64,000 nt of DNA from Patescibacteria group bacterium (GCA_041659905.1 JBAZXK010000002.1:128593-192592); one strand, 5' to 3'; counted from the stretch's first letter, positions 30,348-38,571 are shown. Made by a program: numbers and translations. Notes: generated from the letters alone by a model not told the origin.

Positions 30348-31121
30348 ATGGCTAAAACTGTTGAACAATTACTCCAGGAGATCGGGTTGGGCCAGAAAGA
30401 GCAGGCAGTTTATTCGGCGGTGGTGAGTTTGGGCAATGCGGCGGTTTCCCCTATCGCCCAGAAGGCCCAGATCAATCGCTCGACCGCTTACGATATCCTA
30501 GAATCCTTAACCCACAAGGGTTTAGTGTCGCGTTCGGAAGAGAAGAAGAAGATTCACTATTTTGCCACTGGGATTAACGAACTAGAAGAATATATTCTGG
30601 CACAGGAAACCAATTGGCGGACCGTGTCAGATAGCTTTAAGGGGCTTAAGACAGAACTCTCGGCTTTACTGAATAGTTCGGGCACTAAACCGGTGATGCG
30701 ATTCTTTGAAGGCAAAGCCGGAATCAAAGAGGTATGGTTTGACCAAATTCGGGGGGATCATAAAGAAATCCTCTGTTATAGTTCGGCCAGTAAAGTCGAA
30801 CAGGCTTTGGGCGAACAGTATTTAAAAGTTTATGCTAAGCAAAAGATTCGCAGTAAGATTAAAACAAAACTAATTGTCCCTGGTGAAAAAGCGTTGAAGG
30901 ATTATTTCTCCAAGTACTACCAGCATTCCACTAAAGATCTGTTTGCCATCAAAACCGTGCCACCGGATAAGTTCCCTTTCGAGGTGGATATAAACATCTA
31001 TGGCAATAAAATCTCGATGATTTCTTTGAGCAAGCACGAATTAACCGCTGTAATCATTGAGAGTCCTGTTTTAGCCCGCAACCAACGCATGATTTTCGAC
31101 CTCCTGTGGAGTTTACTCTAG
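30348..31121 (+). CDS. TrmB-family HTH transcriptional regulator (paralog 2)
   Basis: MAKTVEQLLQEIGLGQKEQAVYSAVVSLGNAAVSPIAQKAQINRSTAYDILESL...; paralogous to 27411..28184, including a conserved ~25 nt upstream motif (cagatatgYtaWaatatWtttgtKggt at 27360-27386 and 30292-30318). The listed ORF starts 36 nt earlier at 30312. Confidence 0.7.
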   Translation: MAKTVEQLLQEIGLGQKEQAVYSAVVSLGNAAVSPIAQKAQINRSTAYDILESLTHKGLVSRSEEKKKIHYFATGINELEEYILAQETNWRTVSDSFKGLKTELSALLNSSGTKPVMRFFEGKAGIKEVWFDQIRGDHKEILCYSSASKVEQALGEQYLKVYAKQKIRSKIKTKLIVPGEKALKDYFSKYYQHSTKDLFAIKTVPPDKFPFEVDINIYGNKISMISLSKHELTAVIIESPVLARNQRMIFDLLWSLL

Positions 31122-31165
31122 CTTATTGCCCAATTTGGTATACTGGGTCTATAACCAGTTTTTCT

Positions 31166-31909
31166 ATGTCTGGACACTCAAAATGGGCTACAATCAAACG
31201 GAAGAAAGGCGCGCTAGACCAGAAGCGCGGGGCTTTGTTTACCAAATTGGTGAAAATCGTGGAAGTGGCGGCCAGAGGCGGGGCGGACCCGGCGATGAAT
31301 TTTAAATTGAAATTGGCGGTGCAAAAAGCTAAATCGGCCAATGTCCCTCTGGCTACGATTGAGAAGTCCATCAAAAAAGGGAGCGGACAAGACAAAGAAG
31401 CGAGCCGTCTAGAAGAAGCAACTTACGAAGGATTAGCTCCCGGAAATGTGGCGGTAGTTATTCAAGCCCTAACTGACAATAAAAATCGGACTGTGGCGGA
31501 TTTGCGCAATATTTTTACTAAGGCTGGCGGGAATTTTGGCTCCCCGGTGTCTTGGCAGTTTGACCATCGCGGAGTGTTGGAAATCAGCAAATCAGGCAAT
31601 GTTGAGGAGCTCGAGTTAGCTGTGATTGATGCGGGGGCATTGGATTTTTCAGATGCGGGAGATGTGGTGGAGGTATATACCGAGCCGAAAGCATTGGACC
31701 AAGTGAAAAACAAGTTGGAGTCCGCCGGATTTAAAATAACTTCCAGTGCTTTGGGGCTGGTGCCGAAAAATAAAACTGTAATTACTGACTCAAATATGGC
31801 TCGCCGGGTGTTGAATTTTTTGGATGCCTTGGATGATTATGATGATGTAACGGAAGTGGCCAGCACTCTGGATGTTCCGGATGAGATTATGGCAAAACTC
31901 GAAGATTAA
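31166..31909 (+). CDS. yebC: YebC/PmpR-family transcriptional regulatory protein
   Basis: MSGHSKWATIKRKKGALDQKRGALFTKL... canonical YebC start; the listed ORF begins 60 nt upstream at a non-homologous Met. Confidence 0.85.
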   Translation: MSGHSKWATIKRKKGALDQKRGALFTKLVKIVEVAARGGADPAMNFKLKLAVQKAKSANVPLATIEKSIKKGSGQDKEASRLEEATYEGLAPGNVAVVIQALTDNKNRTVADLRNIFTKAGGNFGSPVSWQFDHRGVLEISKSGNVEELELAVIDAGALDFSDAGDVVEVYTEPKALDQVKNKLESAGFKITSSALGLVPKNKTVITDSNMARRVLNFLDALDDYDDVTEVASTLDVPDEIMAKLED

Positions 31910-31934
31910 TTCCCCTCCTGCCGGAGGAGGGGTT

Positions 31935-32018
31935 GGGGGAGGTGGGAGTATATTCCCCGAGCGGAGTCGAGCCTGCCTGCCGGTAGGCAGGGGGCTACCT
32001 TTGATTTTGTAAAATCAA
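31935..32018. repeat. 83-84 nt GC-rich palindromic repeat, copy 1 (second copy 57869-57951)
   Basis: ggggaggtgggagtatattccccgagcggagtcgagcctgcctgccggtaggcagggggctacctttgatttt gtaaaatcaat is identical in both copies apart from a 1 nt indel; it contains the palindromes gcctgcctgccggtaggcagg and ttgattttgtaaaatcaa. Confidence 0.85.
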
Positions 32019-32034
32019 TAAAACTTTTTTCTTA

Positions 32035-32282
32035 TTACCTTTCTAGAAAGGTAACACCAAAGTCCCGGGCAGTCGCCCTCGCTCTGCAGTAAATCATAAA
32101 ATCGCCTTCCTGCTCTCGCCCTAACAGACAACGGGCTACGCAACAGCGATTTTCTGTCTGCAGTACGCTCGGGCTCCAATGCCCGGTTGACGGAGAAAGA
32201 CAAAGAAATATAGTGATTTTGCTATTTGCTATCTGAATTTGCTCAATGGGGTTGAAAGACAAAGTCGTCCTCCTCCAATGGC
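32035..32282 (+). ncRNA. Candidate structured RNA / cis-regulatory element, copy 1 of 3 (unclassified family)
   Basis: Alignable with 35824-36000 and 57964-58185. It has a 5-prime hairpin (ttacctttc-taga-gaaaggtaa here; ttactttcc-cga-ggaaagtaa in the others, with compensatory CC/GG vs CT/AG changes), a conserved aaagtcYYSGGCAGTCG box, a covarying internal hairpin, and conserved ctcgRRctccaatgSCYgg plus cctcctccaaKGSc boxes. ORFs on either strand over it are not conserved between copies. Confidence 0.45.
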
Positions 32283-32388
32283 TTAGAGGAAGGAGAACCA
32301 CAGAAGTCAGGGATAGGAAGGGATTATTATTGACCAGGAGCTATTTTTTGGTATATTTAGATCACATTGACAATAAGGACGGTGAACC

Positions 32389-33189
32389 ATGATGGCCTAT
32401 ATCCCCCCGAAAGCTGATGAACTAGGCCATGGAGCCAATGGTTTATCAGACGAGGAAGATTATTTGGATCAACAAGCGAAAGTAGCGGAGCGCGTTTACA
32501 CTTACTTAGAAAAATTGCATCTTACTTATGAAGAAGAATTCGAAGGAATTATTACTGGAGAACTATTTAAGCGCATTGAGCAAGAGTGTGGAGTAGATGT
32601 CAAACAATTCGGTAAATATTTTGGAATTCTACGCAAGAATGAAGCTCCCATGTGCAACCTATTTTGCCCCGGGGTTATATTGGGATTGGTAGCAGATGCC
32701 CCTCAGCATAGACACGGCCGAGGTGACAACAATGAACTACTAGATACCCAACAGAAACGTGATAAGTACAGGCGCACCAGTTTAAAGCAGCATATAGATG
32801 AATGGCTACTGCTCAAACATATTTATGATCAGATTAATCCGGATAAACAGGACGAGAATACTGGTCGATCTATTTTGGCCGACACAAAAAATTTGATTAA
32901 TCAGATGCATGATTTGATTAACCCGATCATTGAACAAATCATCCACGACCCCTTAGTTATTCGAGAAATTCCAGAGTATCTACTGGAAAAGATAGGCGAA
33001 TTGGAAATGCGTGGTATGGCCAATTTGCGCAAATATGGATTGTTACCAATAGTGGTGCTCTATTATGAGATAGGCGTTACAGGTACGATAGGTAAACCTG
33101 GCAATAGAGTGGATTGGTTTAAAGCGGGTAAACCTACTCCGAAAGAATGGTTTGAAAGATGGGGGTTGACTCCACCAGAAGAAGCCTAG
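32389..33189 (+). CDS. Hypothetical protein (lineage-specific)
   Basis: 266 aa ORF directly downstream of structured element copy 1, followed by a strong terminator; it interrupts the usual yebC-ruvC adjacency. Confidence 0.55.
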   Translation: MMAYIPPKADELGHGANGLSDEEDYLDQQAKVAERVYTYLEKLHLTYEEEFEGIITGELFKRIEQECGVDVKQFGKYFGILRKNEAPMCNLFCPGVILGLVADAPQHRHGRGDNNELLDTQQKRDKYRRTSLKQHIDEWLLLKHIYDQINPDKQDENTGRSILADTKNLINQMHDLINPIIEQIIHDPLVIREIPEYLLEKIGELEMRGMANLRKYGLLPIVVLYYEIGVTGTIGKPGNRVDWFKAGKPTPKEWFERWGLTPPEEA

Positions 33190-33200
33190 TAGTTAGTATT

Positions 33201-33229
33201 CCCACGTTCTAAAAAGCGTGGGTTTTTTA
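33201..33229 (+). terminator. Rho-independent terminator
   Basis: cccacg-ttctaaaaag-cgtggg followed by TTTTTT. Confidence 0.75.
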
Positions 33230-33279
33230 TAACCCCACCCCTCCTCCCCTTATCAAGGGGAGGTTGGGAGGGGTGTAAA

Positions 33280-33870
33280 ATGGAAACAATGAACAAGATT
33301 ATTTTAGGATTGGATCCGGGGACGGCGACAACTGGGTTTGGGGTAGTTAAAGATACTAAAGGCCAAGTTGAATATGTGGATTGCGGGTGTATCATTACTA
33401 CACTCAAAAGTATATCCCCAGCCCGCAAAGCTACGCTTAGCGTTGCTGGCGAGCCTGCCCGCAATGCTCCCGTCACAACTTCGCAGATGTTGGCGGGTGC
33501 TGGCGGGCCTGCCGAACGACTGCTGACCATTCAGAAATCTCTGGAAATTTTAATTAAAAAATATCAGCCGGATATTTTAGCAGTAGAGAAATTGTTTTTT
33601 ACCAAGAATATTACTACCGCCATTTCAGTAGCAGAAGCCCGCGGGGTAATTTTGGTCACAGCCGCCAAACATAACTTGGAAATTGCGGAATATACTCCTT
33701 TGCAAGTGAAACAGACCCTGACCGGATATGGTAAAGCCGATAAGCAACAGATACAGCGGATGGTTAAATCTATCCTGAAGCTTCAAAGCATCCCGAAGCC
33801 GGATGATGCCGCCGACGCCTTAGCGATAGCGATTTGTGCGGTGCACCACACAGTTAAAGTTGGATGTTAG
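33280..33870 (+). CDS. ruvC: Crossover junction endodeoxyribonuclease RuvC (with ~32 aa in-frame insertion)
   Basis: ILGLDPGTATTGFGVV N-terminus, C-terminal DDAADALAIAICA motif; a GC-rich A/G/P-rich insertion at nt ~33408-33505 relative to canonical RuvC. Confidence 0.85.
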   Translation: METMNKIILGLDPGTATTGFGVVKDTKGQVEYVDCGCIITTLKSISPARKATLSVAGEPARNAPVTTSQMLAGAGGPAERLLTIQKSLEILIKKYQPDILAVEKLFFTKNITTAISVAEARGVILVTAAKHNLEIAEYTPLQVKQTLTGYGKADKQQIQRMVKSILKLQSIPKPDDAADALAIAICAVHHTVKVGC

Positions 33871-33879
33871 AATAAAGAT

Positions 33880-34437
33880 ATGATCGCATCGGTTTCGGGA
33901 AACATTATTCATAAGGGTATTGATCATCTGGTGGTGGAAGCCGGCGGGTTGGGTTATAAGGTGTTTGTGACGAGTGATGTGATAGTCAAAACCCTGTTGG
34001 ATCAACCGGTGAGATTATTTACGCAGTTAATTGTGCGGGAAGACAGCCAGTCACTGTATGGGTTTATGACCCTCCAGGAATTAGAATTGTTTAATTTATT
34101 GATTAGCGTGTCGGGGGTAGGCCCTAAAATTGCTTTGGCGGTGCTGTCGGCCGGGAAAATTGAAGAGCTGCGGTCGGCGATCGGGTGCGGCGACAGCGCT
34201 ATTTTTATGGCGGTGAGCGGAATCGGCAAAAGGACAGCTGAACGCATTATTCTGGAATTAAAATCCAAAGTTGGCGAGATCGGCACGAGCGAATTAAACG
34301 GCAGTTCGCAAGAAGTTATCACTGCCCTGTCAGGATTAGGCTATAATATGTATGAAATTCGCGAAGTGATCAGAAAAATTTCTCCGGAATCTCCCATCGA
34401 AGAAAAAGTCAAAGAAGCATTAAAATTATTAGGGTAG
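33880..34437 (+). CDS. ruvA: Holliday junction DNA helicase RuvA
   Basis: MIASVSGNIIHKGIDHLVVEAGGLGYKVFV OB-fold start, two HhH motifs (VSGVGPKIALAVL; VSGIGKRTAERII). Confidence 0.9.
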   Translation: MIASVSGNIIHKGIDHLVVEAGGLGYKVFVTSDVIVKTLLDQPVRLFTQLIVREDSQSLYGFMTLQELELFNLLISVSGVGPKIALAVLSAGKIEELRSAIGCGDSAIFMAVSGIGKRTAERIILELKSKVGEIGTSELNGSSQEVITALSGLGYNMYEIREVIRKISPESPIEEKVKEALKLLG

Positions 34438-34536
34438 TATTTATATTAAATATTGAAGGTAGTCCCGATGTCCCGAATTCGCCTATTGGCGACATCGGGA
34501 AGCGGGACATGTCCTTCGGACATGGAGGGAAATAAT

Positions 34537-34728
34537 ATGGCCAAACATGATGAGTGTAAGTGTGGTGGGGTGCATTTATTCGGTGACTGGTTTTATATCG
34601 TTTTGATTTTATTGGTGGCTTTTGTAGTGTTAGGGGTTAATCTTGGCTTCTTGGGCGTTTATCTATTCGCTTATTGGCCGGTACTGTTGATTGCAGCCGC
34701 TATTAAAGAATTGATTGAGCGCCGCTAA
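34537..34728 (+). CDS. Small membrane protein (hypothetical)
   Basis: MAKHDECKCGGVHLF... followed by two TM helices; the listed ORF 34453..34728 probably starts too early. Confidence 0.4.
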   Translation: MAKHDECKCGGVHLFGDWFYIVLILLVAFVVLGVNLGFLGVYLFAYWPVLLIAAAIKELIERR

Positions 34729-34802
34729 GTTTTTTAGATCAATTTAAGATTAAAAATCCGGCTCCTAAGAGGGCCGGATTTTAGAGTGGTAAAATAAATA
34801 TA

Positions 34803-35786
34803 ATGAAGACTAAATATTGGTGGCTAATTAGTGGCGTGGTGGCCGGCATCCTGATCTTGGGGGGCGGTTATTATGTTTGGTTGGCCCCAGCTGGTTCTAG
34901 CCAGCAACCTAAGCAGTTTGTGGTGCAGTCTGGCGAGGGCATTGGCATCATTGCCGAACACTTGCAGAAAGAGAATTTGATTAAATCTGCCTGGGGTTTT
35001 AAATTATATCTCAAACTAACCGGGCAGATCATTGTGCAGCCCGGCACTTATGAGTTGTCCCCCGCTCAAAGTTTGCCCAAAATAGCTAATTTGATTGCTA
35101 GCGGCTCGACTTCTAATGTAACCCTGACTATTCCGGAAGGATTTACTTTAGAGCAGATTGCCGAAGAAGTTGCCCAAAAGAATATTGCCACTAAAGAAGA
35201 GTTCTTAAAAATTGCCAATGATTTTCCGCCAGATTATGATTTTCTGAAAGCGCGGCCGGCTGGGAAATCTTTGGAAGGATTTTTGTTTCCCGATACCTAC
35301 AAGCTAATCAAAGGCGATCCCACTTTAGCAATCCGGCGGATGCTGGATAATTTTTCGACTAAATATCATTCCGAGATCCAGCCGGATTTGGGCGACCAGG
35401 ATTTGTATAAAATATTGATCATAGCCTCATTAGTTGAACGCGAAGCCCAAAAAACCGAAGACCGCCCGATGATTGCCGGAGTGATTTATAATCGGCTGAA
35501 GATCGGGATGAAATTAGATATCGATGCCACGGTGCGTTTCATTATTAATAATTGGAAGGATCCCCTGACACGAGCCGATCTCACGGTCGATTCGCTCTAC
35601 AATACCCGCCAACATGCGGGGTTGCCTCCGGGGCCGATCTGCAATCCTGGTCTGGCAGCGATCGAAGCGGCGTTGCATCCCGCCGAGCACAAATATTATT
35701 ACTATCTGACTGATCCGGAAGGGGTAACCCATTACGCTAAAACTTTGGCGGAACATAATCAAAACAAAGTCGAATATTTATTATAG
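34803..35786 (+). CDS. mltG: Endolytic murein transglycosylase MltG (YceG family)
   Basis: N-terminal TM anchor, YceG-like domain (LTIPEGFTLEQIAE; PPGPICNPG). Confidence 0.8.
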   Translation: MKTKYWWLISGVVAGILILGGGYYVWLAPAGSSQQPKQFVVQSGEGIGIIAEHLQKENLIKSAWGFKLYLKLTGQIIVQPGTYELSPAQSLPKIANLIASGSTSNVTLTIPEGFTLEQIAEEVAQKNIATKEEFLKIANDFPPDYDFLKARPAGKSLEGFLFPDTYKLIKGDPTLAIRRMLDNFSTKYHSEIQPDLGDQDLYKILIIASLVEREAQKTEDRPMIAGVIYNRLKIGMKLDIDATVRFIINNWKDPLTRADLTVDSLYNTRQHAGLPPGPICNPGLAAIEAALHPAEHKYYYYLTDPEGVTHYAKTLAEHNQNKVEYLL

Positions 35787-35823
35787 TTTTGATACTCTGA
35801 CAGAGTATTGCAGAATTTTTCTT

Positions 35824-36000
35824 GTTACTTTCCCGAGGAAAGTAACCAAAGTCTTCGGGCAGTCGTCCTCACTCGGTATTTAACCAAAAATCTACCTTTC
35901 CGCTCTCGTCGGTGTAACCGACTTTGCAGCGGTAATTTTTGGAATACCTATCGCTCGGACTCCAATGCCCGGATGGGAACAAAAGCCCTCCTCCAATGCC
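35824..36000 (+). ncRNA. Candidate structured RNA / cis-regulatory element, copy 2 of 3
   Basis: ~80% identical to copy 3 over ~175 nt with paired substitutions in helices (gtcggt-gtaa-accgac vs gccggt-atat-accggc; ggta...tacc stems conserved). Loop 1 (aaccaaaaatc) is complementary to loop 2 (atttttgg). Confidence 0.45.
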
Positions 36001-36128
36001 AGGACTGAAGATAAAAACATCTCTCCTTCGATGGTTGGTGATAGAATAGCTTGACGCAAAGAGGATTTTTACATAGTATGCTCATACAGATCAACTGATC
36101 TGATGTTCTTTAAAGGGAGCTAAATCTA

Positions 36129-36425
36129 ATGCCAACCATATTCAGGTATTTGTTGGTAGTAATTTGCTTGGTAGTGATTGTAGCCATCGCACCCCAATAT
36201 CAATCTGTAAGCACAACTGACAGAGAAACCAGTCGTAGTTCTTACTTAGTTAGAGAGGTGTTTGGTCCTAATGACACAGTAACGGTAAGAATATATGATT
36301 TCAGTGATCAGCATGATCCACAGCTGATGACGCTGGTGATGCGAATATACCTCTGTTTAATATTGGGAATAACAGTTATAGGAGCAACCTGCAGTTATAT
36401 CTACCATCATAATGATGCATCCTAA
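36129..36425 (+). CDS. Small hypothetical membrane protein
   Basis: 98 aa, two hydrophobic helices, downstream of structured element copy 2. Confidence 0.4.
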   Translation: MPTIFRYLLVVICLVVIVAIAPQYQSVSTTDRETSRSSYLVREVFGPNDTVTVRIYDFSDQHDPQLMTLVMRIYLCLILGITVIGATCSYIYHHNDAS

Positions 36426-36593
36426 ATCCAAACTAACTGACTGCTCCAACAGAAAACCTCCTGTATAAACTGACCACTTGCTGGTCGGTTTTTTAAATTA
36501 TTCTAACTGGCGCGCTGAATTTAAGCTTAAACTGGGTTAAAGGTAATCTAAGCTCAGTCATGCAAGATAATTAGCTTCCAGAGCCGATAAATC

Positions 36594-36624
36594 TTGACAG
36601 AAAGGTAATTTTTTGCTATATAAT
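36594..36624 (+). promoter_or_regulatory. Sigma70-like promoter (TTGACA-17-TATATA/TATAAT)
   Basis: ttgaca 36594-36599, 17 nt spacer, tatata 36617-36622 (tataat at 36619-36624), directly upstream of 36632 CDS. Confidence 0.5.
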
Positions 36625-36631
36625 AATTACC

Positions 36632-38422
36632 TTGATAACAAGGAATCTATTTCCAAGGAGGAACATCCTGATGCGGATATTCATGGCTATCCTGTTGATT
36701 CTGTCTTTTTTTCAGATCAACTATATTTACACTGGTCAGCCGACAGAAAGAATCAGTCAGCATTCTGAATATGTACCATCGCGGCATGTATTCATAGACA
36801 AGATATGTCAGCTGGATCATTGGATTTGGGAGAGTCCAGGCTTGACTCCGGCGCAATTTGCCGATCTAGCCAAGGAAATCCCTGAACGAAAAGCGTTGAT
36901 TATTCGAATCAAACCGCTTTGTTATCGGCTTGAAGAGCAGGATCAGAGATTAGTTATGATTGCGACTAGTATGATCCGACAAAGGAAGGTTAAACCTTTT
37001 TTTGTTCACTGCTCACCCTCTGGCGATTACGATCCCCGATTTGACACGGTAATGATGCCCAATGGTACCATAGCTGTATTGAATGGGATCGCCCGAGGCC
37101 TTGGTTATGATTCATCGGCCATCGATGAGTCTTATCCGGGACCGAATCTGCAAGGACGAGAACGTGATTTCGTTCTCAACTATCTTAGAAGCGAGATTGA
37201 GAAATCTTGGTCTTCAGGACTTGAACCAGTTGTTTATTGTACGCTCCTGTCTTATAACTCTGAATCGTCATTGGGGTTATTAAAAACTCTCAAAAATGAG
37301 TTCGGGGAAAAAATCAAAACAGGAGTTGGCGGACAATTAGTCCGGGTCATTCCTGAAACTTATCGCAACCTAACATATATCGATCAAGTTGGCGTGGGTG
37401 ATGCAGAAGTTATTCTGCAACCGATGTTGGCTGGTCAAAACTATGCTGAAGGTTGGCTTGATTCTGGTCTAAACTTCTACGCAGAACCTAACTACCATGG
37501 GTATTTAGGTTTGAACAATAGACTGAATGAAAGCTCTCGGTATGCGTTTGGACCATTCACTGGTATACGAAACTTATGCATCGAAAGCGTCAGGGGATGT
37601 TCATGGGCATACTTGACTGGAAAGCCATGCGAAATGTGTGCCCTCCAAGGAGTTTCCAGTCAGCCAGTCTTTAAGCCATTCCAGAACCATTTTGATCTAG
37701 AGAATCAGCTTGCTAGAGAATTTGGGATTAACTGGTTGTTCGATGTGAGTAATCAATTTATTCCAGTTACTGGTAAAAATCAGGCTGATTGGCTGCGAGG
37801 CTATTTGATTGCCAAAAATCAGTATAGCGAGGTTGACATCAATAAGTATGTTTATCTCACTGCAGCATCATTCAGCTCAGAAACCGCTCCTCTTCTACGG
37901 GAAGCAGGGATCAGGATTGCTTACGTGGGGTTTGATGGTTGGGAACGTGGAACGCGGACAGCGTTGCATAAACCAAATATTAATCCCATGAAGGTGCTGC
38001 AACTCTGCCGAGAGAACGATATCTATGTTCGCACATCATTTGTCATTGGAGCCGGTCTGACTGATTCCAATCTAAATAAGCTTCCTAAGCTTGTTGACAA
38101 TATGATGGCGGGTTATGGAGATGTTGTTCTTTCCTGCGGGAGTTTTTTGCAGATCATCATTCCCGGCTCTCCGGCCTGGGCGTTTCTACAGAAAGAAGCT
38201 CTAGAACAAGAATGGGGAGATGTTAACGACATCTATCATTTCTTTATCACAAACGGATTTTTAACTTGGGAGCAAGAAGAGCAACTGACTAAAGCGTATA
38301 TCCAGAGAGTACAAAATCTGGATTATGACAAAGTAGTGGCAGTCAGAAATTACGTCAAAGCGCTAGTAGATTCTGAAACCATCGCCATCACTATCCGTGA
38401 TGGTGGCACATTGTTAAGTTAA
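36632..38422 (+). CDS. B12-binding-domain protein with divergent radical-SAM-like core (non-canonical Cys motif)
   Basis: 596 aa; a GEGE-type cobalamin-binding-like segment (VGVGDAEVILQPMLAG), a Cys cluster CSWAYLTGKPCEMC (Cx9CxxC rather than CxxxCxxC), and a FVIGAGLTD-like segment. Confidence 0.45.
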   Translation: MITRNLFPRRNILMRIFMAILLILSFFQINYIYTGQPTERISQHSEYVPSRHVFIDKICQLDHWIWESPGLTPAQFADLAKEIPERKALIIRIKPLCYRLEEQDQRLVMIATSMIRQRKVKPFFVHCSPSGDYDPRFDTVMMPNGTIAVLNGIARGLGYDSSAIDESYPGPNLQGRERDFVLNYLRSEIEKSWSSGLEPVVYCTLLSYNSESSLGLLKTLKNEFGEKIKTGVGGQLVRVIPETYRNLTYIDQVGVGDAEVILQPMLAGQNYAEGWLDSGLNFYAEPNYHGYLGLNNRLNESSRYAFGPFTGIRNLCIESVRGCSWAYLTGKPCEMCALQGVSSQPVFKPFQNHFDLENQLAREFGINWLFDVSNQFIPVTGKNQADWLRGYLIAKNQYSEVDINKYVYLTAASFSSETAPLLREAGIRIAYVGFDGWERGTRTALHKPNINPMKVLQLCRENDIYVRTSFVIGAGLTDSNLNKLPKLVDNMMAGYGDVVLSCGSFLQIIIPGSPAWAFLQKEALEQEWGDVNDIYHFFITNGFLTWEQEEQLTKAYIQRVQNLDYDKVVAVRNYVKALVDSETIAITIRDGGTLLS

Positions 38423-38425
38423 TAT

Positions 38426-38449
38426 AACCCCGAGGTCCGCCTCGGGGTT
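38426..38449 (+). terminator. Stem-loop downstream of 36632..38422 (possible terminator, no U-tract)
   Basis: aaccccgagg-tccg-cctcggggtt perfect 10 bp stem; lacks a T run, so uncertain as an intrinsic terminator. Confidence 0.35.
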
Positions 38450-38571
38450 AACCATATATAGAGACTTTTTGGCGGATAGCCGTTGATATAATTGACAAAG
38501 CATTCCTTGCTTTGTCATCCTGGCTTCGTCCCTGCCTACCGGCAAGGCAGGCAGGATCGTATAATTAATGT

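Noticed and set aside
33186-33530. Minus-strand 114 aa ORF antisense to ruvC
   Set aside because: It is a by-product of the GC-rich insertion inside ruvC. RuvC on the plus strand is strongly supported.
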